Sequence record: OY723350.1
DNA: 8,948 bases
Reading direction: 5' to 3' (one strand)
Numbering within the stretch: the stretch's first letter is position 1; the number at the start of each line of letters is the position of its first letter. Below are positions 1-6,335 of this stretch, piece by piece. The notes beneath the pieces were generated by a model. The model ran no database searches. It had not been told where the DNA came from and saw nothing but the letters and a program-made list of their open reading frames with translations. A program made the position numbers and the translations under genes.

Positions 1-252
1 ATCCAGGGATGCAGGGATCCGGAGACCATGAGGGCATGCAGACCATATGCACTACATACCATGGGGTGTGTAGTAGGGATACAGACCACTATGGATACCA
101 TCACCATTAGATACATACTATGAGACCATATGCTGTGGGTATCGGATTAGGGGTCTGGGGATGTGCAGATCTGGAGACCATGAGCGGATCCGGAGACCAT
201 CAGATCATGAGATATGGGGTCCGGGATGCTCGCGATGTATCTGAGGACCTGT

Positions 253-276
253 GCAGATAGGTATGCAGATAGGTAC
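253..276. repeat. 12-bp microsatellite GCAGATAGGTAT, 2 units
   Basis: GCAGATAGGTAT then GCAGATAGGTAC. Confidence 0.9.
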
Positions 277-339
277 TAAGGACTCGCAGACCATAGGTAT
301 TAGGTATCTGAGGACACGGATGCCATGATCTGAGGACCC

Positions 340-480
340 CAAGACCTCCAGAAATGGGGTATCTGAGGTATCCCGAGACCTCCCAAAATGGGTGTTTTGG
401 ACCCTAAATCACTCGTTTTGGGACCCTTTCTGGGTGCTCCCAGACCCCTCCCCAATACCATCCCTAAGGTGCTCCTAAGG
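340..480. repeat. Degenerate 22-23-bp periodic zone with CYAAAA..TTTTRG inverted repeats
   Basis: Example: CCAAAA(383-388)-TGGGTG-TTTTGG(395-400), and CCCTAAATCACTCGTTTTGGG. Confidence 0.6.
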
Positions 481-582
481 GATTCGGGCCCGTACCCCTC
501 AGATAGGGTATCCCAGAGGGTGTCGGATTGGGGGTCTGGAGGTGCTCGGAACCCCTAAATTGTGTGCCCTTAGTGTATAGTA

Positions 583-601
583 ACACACGCGCGCGCGCGC
601 G
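583..601. repeat. Alternating purine-pyrimidine tract (AC)3(GC)6G, potential Z-DNA former
   Basis: ACACACGCGCGCGCGCGCG, containing 7 consecutive CpG in otherwise CpG-poor DNA. Confidence 0.85.
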
Positions 602-624
602 AAGGGCGGATCCGAGTCAGACAG

Positions 625-890
625 AAAACGAATGCATCATTTTGGACCCTTTTGGAGACATTAGGGGTCTTAATGTGCACATTTGCGACCCCAAAAGGCC
701 CAAAAGTGCCTAAAATGGGTCATTTTATGCCCTTTTCGGATGCACACAATGGGAATGCCATCGCCGGAGACCATATTCCTTACAGTGACCTTAGGAATAT
801 GAGTACGCGAAATCGGGGCAATTATGCCATTTACGGGTACCCCTAAAATGAGCACTTTTGGACCCCTTTTGGCACCCTTTGGAGTCCTTA
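625..890. repeat. Degenerate 22-23-bp periodic zone with phased A/T tracts
   Basis: TTTT tracts at 640 and 650. AAAA tracts at 693, 702 and 712. CTAAAATGAGCACTTTTGG at ~843. Confidence 0.6.
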
Positions 891-1002
891 GTGTACTGGT
901 GGCATGTGCATATCCCCTGATGCCTCTTTATCGAGGGAATGGGGATACCTGCATACCATACAGTATCTGTGTTACTAGTGGGTATCGGCACACCTCCCAA
1001 AA

Positions 1003-1021
1003 CATGTCATTTCGTGACATG
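1003..1021. repeat. Short inverted repeat CATGTCA-TTTCG-TGACATG
   Basis: 7-bp perfect arms (1003..1009 and 1015..1021) with a 5-nt spacer. Confidence 0.8.
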
Positions 1022-1289
1022 ATCTAGTCGAGATGAGCGAATCCACTACTATTGCATATCATGGCATAATGAGCTATACAGAGTACTACAGGTATTGGGG
1101 GTATCCCTAATGGCAGCATATGCCCCATTAGAGGTATACACCATATCCCCTAGTATCCCTTACAGCACATACCATGGATAGGTACTCATTAGTAGTATAG
1201 AATGTGTATGTCATGACACCAAAACACATGTTTCGAGACATCTGAACACATGGTTTGCACGTATGATCATATACAGTATCTAGTGATAT

Positions 1290-1487
1290 ACAGGATACTA
1301 GTAGTATGCACGGATGGTATGAGGGGTACGGGATACCCCTACATCATAGCCTAACAGCATACACTACGAGTACTATGTATACCATGGATACCACATGTAT
1401 ACTACTACGGGTAGGTACTCATGAGCAGTATCATCATGTGATTGCATGCATTTGATGACATGAAATGAGTAGGTATACACATCTAAT
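1290..1487. repeat. D module, the single copy-1 counterpart of the duplicated 198-bp arm
   Basis: Aligns without gaps to 6604..6801 and 7034..7231. About 8 substitutions are clustered in 1310..1350 and around 1411. Confidence 0.85.
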
Positions 1488-1627
1488 GACAGGATATGGC
1501 ATACGGGATACCTGAGGAGACCACCTCCACAGGGAATACCCTCTCTGCACATCCAGGCTACCGAGAGGCCTACGGGGAGTATCCCCATACCTCTAAGGAG
1601 CCATTATGGCCATTAGGGAGTATCCAG
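1486..1627. repeat. R1 element copy a (variant 1), hairpin-containing dispersed repeat
   Basis: Starts ATGACAGGATATGGCATACGGGATAC. The hairpin CCTGAGGAGACCACCTCCACAGG lies at 1511..1533, followed by ..GGCTACCGAGAGGCCTACGGGGAGTATCCCCATA and the tail ..GCCATTATGGCCATTAGGGAGTATCCAG. Confidence 0.9.
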
Positions 1628-1637
1628 TAGTCACCAG

Positions 1638-1695
1638 ATATCATGATATTGCATGCATTTGATGACATGAAAACACATGATTTGATGACATGAAG
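1638..1695. repeat. R3 core: palindrome pair plus duplicated TTGATGACATGAA
   Basis: ATATCATGATAT (1638..1649) directly abuts TGCATGCA (1650..1657), followed by TTTGATGACATGAAAACACATGATTTGATGACATGAAG. Confidence 0.85.
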
Positions 1696-1726
1696 TACTC
1701 ATTATGAGTAGGTATACACATCTAAT

Positions 1727-1834
1727 ACCACTAGTACAACAGCATACACACCATTAGTACCATGTATCCTATGGTATACAGTACATGGGGAGTATAGGTA
1801 CCATTACACCATGCAGAGGTGTATGGAGTACTAT
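1727..1834. repeat. R2 module (108 bp) copy 1
   Basis: ACCACTAGTACAACAGCATACACACCATTAGTACCATGTATCCTATGGTATACAGTACATGGGGAGTATAGGTACCATTACACCATGCAGAGGTGTATGGAGTACTAT. The same string appears to recur at the other R2 sites. Confidence 0.9.
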
Positions 1835-2346
1835 GAGTATCTAGAGAGTACTAGTAGTATCATGTATTGATACATCTAATGACATGAAACACATGGTTTG
1901 ATGTATCTAATGATGTACTTAATGGATAGGTATACACATCGTATTAGTGCATAGTATCTCTACATGGTCTATACACTGCCATACAGGGAGTGAGGGACCA
2001 AGGGAGAGACTATGCACTAGTAGACGATAACGTGACCTTTAACATTACCCTCTATAGTGTACTAGCATAGGTACCTGTACACCATGTGAACACCTTTACG
2101 GATGTGGGTAGAGCTATTAGTAGAGTTGCAGAGGAGAAGTACACCCTGCTATCTACATCCATACCTATACTAAACATGTGATGTGCTCACACGAAGTAAC
2201 CTACTATTGCTATGGAGAGCATTGCATAGATCATGCCAAGCATGTTATACACAGTAGTAGTACACATCCTCTAAGGCATGTATGCTATTGCAGACACTGT
2301 AGCAGATACCATACAGTATACTAGTACTCATCATACCATGCAATGT

Positions 2347-2391
2347 ATACAATGGTGGTATGGAATACATGATACAATGGTGGTATGGAAT
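2347..2391. repeat. 25-bp-period direct repeat ATACAATGGTGGTATGGAAT x2
   Basis: Identical 20-mers at 2347..2366 and 2372..2391, separated by ACATG. Confidence 0.85.
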
Positions 2392-2590
2392 GATGTAGTA
2401 GTATGAGTAGTACTATGAACAGATACACTACTATCTGCATGCACAGAATAGGTCATCCTCAGGGATAGCACCTTAACCCTGTACCATACCATACAGTGGT
2501 ACTATGGTGGTATGGCATGCATGTACTAGTAGTATGTAGTAGTATGTACTCATCATACCATCAGATCATGAGATCATGGCATCAAATCAT

Positions 2591-2850
2591 GACATCAAAA
2601 CACATGATTTCATGTACTCAATTACATGATTATGGTGGTATCCAGGACATCACCAGATCCCTTAGAGACCATGGGGATCACTACATATGCTCTAAGGAGT
2701 ACACATGCTCTGCATGGTACCTATATCATAGGGTAGGGGTATCCCTCATGATACCTATGGAGACCATATCCTCTAGATACATGGTATGTGCACAGAGGAT
2801 GGTGACATGGTATGAGGTCCCCAAAAGGGTCCAAATACATGATTTGGGGT
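2591..2850. repeat. R6 module (~260 bp), diverged paralog inside the copy-1-specific block
   Basis: GACATCAAAACACATGATTTCATGTACTCAATTACATGATTATGGTGG..GGTATGAGGTCCCCAAAAGGG aligns base for base with 4071..4330, roughly 90% identity by eye. Confidence 0.85.
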
Positions 2851-3050
2851 GTCTAAAATGACCACTTTTGGCACCTTTCTGGAGGTCCCAAAACGGGTGA
2901 TTCAATCCCCCAAAAGGGGTCCGCAAATCAAGCCCAGAAATGGTCATAAAAAGGGCTCGTGGGGGTACCCCCATGAGCACTTTTAGGACCCTAAAATGGG
3001 TGTTTTGGACCCCTAAAATGGTGTATTTAGACCCTTTCGGAGGGGTACAG
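2815..3050. repeat. Degenerate 22-23-bp periodic zone (copy-1-specific block)
   Basis: CTAAAATGG occurs at 2991 and 3013, a spacing of 22. Also GTCTAAAATGACCACTTTTGG and CCCAAAACGGGTGATT. Confidence 0.6.
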
Positions 3051-3060
3051 GCAACGAGTA

Positions 3061-3158
3061 CTACTAGATACATACCAGCAGACCATGTATCCTATGGTAT
3101 ATAGGACATGGGGGCTACGGGTACCATTACACCATTACGGGAGTATATGGAGTACTAT
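3061..3158. repeat. R2-like module, diverged copy
   Basis: ..CCATGTATCCTATGGTATATAGGACATGGGGGCTACGGGTACCATTACACCATTACGGGAGTATATGGAGTACTATGG aligns to R2 with many substitutions. Confidence 0.7.
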
Positions 3159-3267
3159 GGGTATCTAGAGGAGTCCCTGTAACACCAGATATCATGGTAT
3201 TGGCATGCATTTGATGACATGAAAACACATGATTTGATGACATGAAATGAGTAGGTATACACATCTA

Positions 3268-3409
3268 ATGACAGGATATGGCATACGGGATACCTGAGGA
3301 GACCACCTCCACAGGGAATACCCTCTCTGCACATCCAGGCTACCGAGAGGCCTACGGGGAGTATCCCCATATCCTCTAAGAGCCATTATGGCCATTAGGG
3401 AGTATCCAG
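3268..3409. repeat. R1 element copy b (variant 1)
   Basis: Near-identical to 1486..1627 at offset 1782. Hairpin at 3293..3315. Confidence 0.9.
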
Positions 3410-3518
3410 CACATCATTAGATACACGGAATATCATGTAATTGCATAGATTTGATGACATGAAATCATGTGTTTTGATGACATGAAGTACTCATTATGAG
3501 TAGGTATACACATCTAAT

Positions 3519-3626
3519 ACCACTAGTACAACAGCATACACACCATTAGTACCATGTATCCTATGGTATACAGTACATGGGGAGTATAGGTACCATTACA
3601 CCATGCAGAGGTGTATGGAGTACTAT
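3519..3626. repeat. R2 module copy 2
   Basis: Identical by eye to 1727..1834 (offset 1792). Confidence 0.9.
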
Positions 3627-3658
3627 ATGGTATATAGGGAGTATCCAGTAGTCACCAG

Positions 3659-3715
3659 ATATCATGATATTGCATGCATTTGATGACATGAAACACATGA
3701 TCTGATGATATGAAG
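3659..3715. repeat. R3 core
   Basis: Perfect palindrome pair at 3659..3678, followed by TTTGATGACATGAAACACATGATCTGATGATATGAAG. Confidence 0.85.
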
Positions 3716-3851
3716 TACTCGATATGTACTCATTATGGTACCCACTAACACTAGTACTACAGCATATCCGTACAAGGGGAACCATAAGGATCCGCCCTTG
3801 CAGGTATTCGGGTACTATATGATGTATAGAGGGTATCCAGTAGACCACCAG

Positions 3852-3908
3852 ATATCATGATATTGCATGCATTTGATGACATGAAACACATGATCTGATG
3901 ATATGAAG
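3852..3908. repeat. R3 core
   Basis: Perfect palindrome pair at 3852..3871. Confidence 0.85.
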
Positions 3909-4044
3909 TACTCGATATGTACTCATTATGGTACCCACTAACACTAGTACTACAGCATATCCGTACAAGGGGAACCATAAGGATCCGCCCTTGCAGGTAT
4001 TCGGGTACTATATGATATATAGAGGGTATCCAGTAGACCACCAG

Positions 4045-4095
4045 ATATCATGATATTGCATGCATTTGATGACATGAAAACACATGATTTGATGT
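4045..4095. repeat. R3 core
   Basis: Perfect palindrome pair at 4045..4064. The core runs into the R6 module. Confidence 0.85.
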
Positions 4096-4330
4096 ACTCA
4101 GATTACATGATTATGGTGATATCCAGTACATCACCAGATCCCTTAGACACCATGGGGATCACTACATATGCTATAAGGAGTACACATGCTCTGCATGGTA
4201 CCTATATCATAGGGTAGGGGATATGCCCACGATACCTATGGAGACCACATCCTCTAGATACATGGTATGTGCACAGAGGATGGTGCCATGGTATGAGGAC
4301 CCCAAATGGGTCGAAATACATGTTTTAGGG
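4071..4330. repeat. R6 module, copy 1
   Basis: GACATGAAAACACATGATTTGATGTACTCAGATTACATGATTATGGTGAT..GGTATGAGGACCCCAAATGGG. Confidence 0.85.
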
Positions 4331-4345
4331 GTCCCAAAACATGTG
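4290..4345. repeat. Degenerate 22-23-bp periodic zone
   Basis: CCCCAAATGGGTCGAAATACATGTTTTAGGGGTCCCAAAACATGTG. Confidence 0.5.
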
Positions 4346-4359
4346 TTGCGAGTAGGTAT

Positions 4360-4495
4360 CGGCACGGGATTAGCACATCTAGGGCATTATGGAACCTGAG
4401 GAGATCACCTCCACAGGGAATGTCCCTCCGTGCATCCTGGGCTACCGAGAGGCCTACATGCAGTACCCCATATCCTCTAAGAGACCATTATGGAG
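4360..4495. repeat. R1 element copy c (variant 3, different 5' and 3' flanks)
   Basis: Hairpin CCTGAGGAGATCACCTCCACAGG at 4395..4417. The core ..GGGAATGTCCCTCCGTGCATCCTGGGCTACCGAGAGGCCTAC is shared with variant 2. The 3' part is CATGCAGTACCCCATA. Confidence 0.85.
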
Positions 4496-4504
4496 GGTAT
4501 TGGA

Positions 4505-4625
4505 CAGGGCCCGAAACCCCCAAAATGAGTGATTTGGGGTGCTCAAAACCATCGATTTTGGTGGTTTTGGCATGCAAAAAGGGTCGAAAACACCACTTTT
4601 AGCCCCTTTTGCACATGGGAACACC
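4505..4625. repeat. Degenerate 22-23-bp periodic zone
   Basis: CCCCCAAAATGAGTGATTTGGGG, GCTCAAAACCATCGATTTTGG, GGTCGAAAACACCACTTTTAGCC. Confidence 0.6.
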
Positions 4626-4794
4626 ACCCCATATACTAAGGGGGATCCTTCGAGGGATACAGAACCCCCGAAACCCCTTAAAGATGGTGTGTGAGTACTC
4701 ATGCATGTACCCTTTTAGCACCCTTTCTGACCCCCTTTCAGACCCCCTAAATGGTGCCATTCCTCGAAGGATGGCCCTTAAGGGGTGCCGGGAA

Positions 4795-4915
4795 GGGTAC
4801 CTAAAGAGGTCCCAAAAGTGACCATTTTAGGGGGTCCCAAAACGTGTTGCAAAGGGGTACCCCTTTGGTCACCAAAAGTGATGATTTTGGGGACACCAAA
4901 TGGGTCGGAATGGGT
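4795..4915. repeat. Degenerate 22-23-bp periodic zone
   Basis: CCAAAA(4872-4877)-GTGATGA-TTTTGG(4885-4890), CCCAAAAGTGACCATTTTAGGG and CCCAAAACGTGTTGCAAAGGGG. Confidence 0.6.
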
Positions 4916-4920
4916 ACCTA

Positions 4921-5050
4921 ATGACAGGATATGGCATACGGGATACCTGAGGAGATCACCTCCACAGGGAATGTCCCTCCGTGCATCCTGGGCTACCGAG
5001 AGGCCTACGGGGAGTATCCCCATATCCTCTGAGAGCCATTATGACCATTA
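4921..5050. repeat. R1 element copy d (variant 2)
   Basis: Has the same 5' leader as variant 1 (ATGACAGGATATGGCATACGGGATAC). Hairpin at 4946..4968 with loop ATCAC. The central segment is of the variant 3 type. Confidence 0.9.
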
Positions 5051-5074
5051 CGAGCATCCCGGAGAGCATATCTG

Positions 5075-5190
5075 AGGACCTGAAATCCATGGTTTTGGGG
5101 TCTAAAATGATGATTTTAGAGGTCTCAAAATGATGGATTTGGGGTCTGGAATCATGAGATCCGGGGGTCTGGGGATGCCATGGGTATGGG
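5075..5190. repeat. Degenerate 22-23-bp periodic zone, running across the macro-unit boundary
   Basis: GTCT anchors at 5100, 5122, 5144 and 5167, giving spacings of 22, 22 and 23. A perfect 8-bp-arm inverted repeat TCTAAAAT-GATG-ATTTTAGA lies at 5101..5120. Confidence 0.7.
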
Positions 5191-5444
5191 ATCCAGGGAT
5201 GCAGGGATCCGGAGACCATGAGGGCATGCAGACCATATGCACTACATACCATGGGGTGTGTAGTAGGGATACAGACCACTATGGATACCATCACCATTAG
5301 ATACATACTATGAGACCATATGCTGTGGGTATCGGATTAGGGGTCTGGGGATGTGCAGATCTGGAGACCATGAGCGGATCCGGAGACCATCAGATCATGA
5401 GATCCGGGGGTCTGGAGATGCTCGCGATGTATCTGAGGACCTGT

Positions 5445-5492
5445 GCAGATAGGTATGCAGATAGGTATGCAGATAGGTATGCAGATAGGTGT
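5445..5492. repeat. 12-bp microsatellite GCAGATAGGTAT, 4 units (expanded relative to copy 1)
   Basis: Units start at 5445, 5457, 5469 and 5481, and the last ends GTGT. They are followed by 86 bp absent from copy 1 (5493..5578). The terminal GCAGATAGGTAC is at 5579..5590. Confidence 0.9.
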
Positions 5493-5653
5493 AGGCATTA
5501 GGTATCTGAGGACTCGCAGAGAGGTACTGAGGACATGCACAGAGGACATGGCACAGAGGATACGGGCATACAGACCATGCAGATAGGTACTAAGGACTCG
5601 CAGACCATAGGTATTAGGTATCTGAGGACACGGATGCCATGATCTGAGGACCC

Positions 5654-5794
5654 CAAGACCTCCAGAAATGGGGTATCTGAGGTATCCCGAGACCTCCCAA
5701 AATGGGTGTTTTGGACCCTAAATCACTCGTTTTGGGACCCTTTCTGGGTGCTCCCAGACCCCTCCCCAATACCATCCCTAAGGTGCTCCTAAGG
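5654..5794. repeat. Degenerate 22-23-bp periodic zone (copy 2 equivalent of 340..480)
   Basis: Offset 5314 from the copy-1 zone. Confidence 0.6.
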
Positions 5795-5896
5795 GATTCG
5801 GGCCCGTACCCCTCAGATAGGGTATCCCAGAGGGTGTCGGATTGGGGGTCTGGAGGTCCTCGGAACCCCTAAATTGTGTGCCCTTAGTGTATAGTA

Positions 5897-5915
5897 ACAC
5901 ACGCGCGCGCGCGCG
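5897..5915. repeat. Alternating purine-pyrimidine tract, copy 2
   Basis: Same 19-nt tract at offset 5314, with identical length. Confidence 0.85.
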
Positions 5916-5938
5916 AAGGGCGGATCCGAGTCAGACAG

Positions 5939-6204
5939 AAAACGAATGCATCATTTTGGACCCTTTTGGAGACATTAGGGGTCTTAATGTGCACATTTGC
6001 GACCCCAAAAGGCCCAAAAGTGCCTAAAAGGGGTCATTTTATGCCCTTTCCGGATGCACACAATGGGAATGCCATCGCCGGAGACCATATTCCTTACAGT
6101 GACCTTAGGAATATGAGTACGCGAAATCGGGGCAATTATGCCATTTACGGGTACCCCTAAAATGAGCACTTTTGGACCCCTTTTGGCACCCTTTGGAGTC
6201 CTTA
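5939..6204. repeat. Degenerate 22-23-bp periodic zone (copy 2 equivalent of 625..890)
   Basis: Offset 5314 from the copy-1 zone. Confidence 0.6.
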
Positions 6205-6316
6205 GTGTACTGGTGGCATGTGCATATCCCCTGATGCCTCTTTATCGAGGGAATGGGGATACCTGCATACCATACAGTATCTGTGTTACTAGTGGGTATC
6301 GGCACACCTCCCAAAA

Positions 6317-6335
6317 CATGTCATTTCGTGACATG
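6317..6335. repeat. Short inverted repeat CATGTCA-TTTCG-TGACATG (copy 2)
   Basis: Same sequence at offset 5314. Confidence 0.8.

Larger units (their letters stand above)
3655..4040. repeat. 193-bp tandem repeat, 2 full units (3655..3847 and 3848..4040), with a partial third continuing to ~4078
   Basis: CCAGATATCATGAT restarts at 3655, 3848 and 4041. The units differ at only a few positions. ORFs 3561..3848(-) and 3757..4041(-) share their N-terminal 60+ aa at offset 193. Confidence 0.95.
1..5190. repeat. Macro-repeat unit, long variant (copy 1, 5190 bp)
   Basis: 1..212 is identical to 5191..5402. 277..1276 matches 5591..6590 (offset 5314), 1488..1834 matches 7232..7578 (offset 5744), and 4041..5190 matches 7799..8948 (offset 3758). 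The paired ORFs in the supplied track show the same offsets. Confidence 0.95.

Noticed and set aside
683-700. Telomere-like words: CCCCAAAA and TTTTGGGG (Oxytricha and Euplotes type) and TTAGGG (for example 135..140, 661..666, 1612..1617)
   Set aside because: These occur only as isolated single words embedded in the 22-23-bp units. They are never tandemly iterated, so they are not telomeric tracts.
340-890. CRISPR array, suggested by short regularly spaced repeats
   Set aside because: The 22-23-bp period consists of degenerate abutting units with no unique spacers of comparable length. The larger cores (R3) recur at 190-240-bp intervals, far outside CRISPR geometry. There are no cas genes.
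625-890. Kinetoplast-minicircle-like bent DNA (phased A-tracts and two conserved regions about 180 degrees apart if circular)
   Set aside because: I did not find the universal minicircle sequence GGGGTTGGTGTA or the CSB-1/CSB-2 blocks on either strand. The base composition is not AT-rich. The two regions are whole-unit duplicates rather than short conserved origins.
1290-1487. Diversity-generating retroelement style template/variable repeat pair (D module against its copy-2 versions)
   Set aside because: The substitutions are not adenine-specific: they include T/G, G/A, A/G, C/T and T/C changes. There is no reverse transcriptase or target gene, and the region is non-coding.
1505-1600. 5S rRNA-like words inside R1 (GAGACCACCT..GGGAATACC resembles the eukaryotic 5S segment GAGACCGCCTGGGAATACC, and GCCTACGG..CCATACC resembles a 5S 5' end)
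   Set aside because: The two word matches are in the wrong order for a 5S gene, with the 3'-like part preceding the 5'-like part. There is a 5-nt insertion in the first match. No helix I complement (GTAGGC) lies ~110 nt downstream of GCCTACGG, and no loop C or internal-control-region match was seen. A permuted or 5S-derived SINE origin cannot be excluded without a covariance-model search.
1486-1627. tRNA-derived SINE reading of R1 on the minus strand (GTAGCCTGGATG as an A-box, GGGTATTCCC as a B-box)
   Set aside because: Both boxes match the consensus weakly. Their spacing (~22 nt) is too short, and there is no cloverleaf, poly(A) or simple-repeat tail, or target-site duplication.
2496-2861. 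Longest ORF in the window (121 aa, + strand), and the other 60-120-aa ORFs, considered as possible genes
   Set aside because: The ORFs lie in repeat modules (this one covers the R6 paralog) and are low-complexity and rich in Y, H, M and C. They overlap opposite-strand ORFs (2726..3073 on the minus strand here). I see no obvious ribosome-binding or start context, and no family I recognise. Conservation between copies reflects DNA repeat identity, not selection on the protein.
1835-3626. The 1.8-kb long-variant-specific block as a transposable-element insertion
   Set aside because: I noticed no terminal inverted repeats, LTRs, target-site duplication or transposase/RT ORF. The block is bounded by ~400-bp direct repeats made of array modules, and its interior is partly paralogous to other array modules (R6 and the 22-23-bp zones). 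This fits unequal recombination.
3702-3733. Hammerhead ribozyme core (CTGATGA at 3702..3708 followed by a hairpin, and many CTGAGGA words such as 1513..1519 and 329..335)
   Set aside because: After the candidate helix II there is no GAAA box followed by a helix III and a UH cleavage site. The first and last helix II positions do not pair in the CTGAGGA cases. I also saw no CTGATGA on the minus strand.
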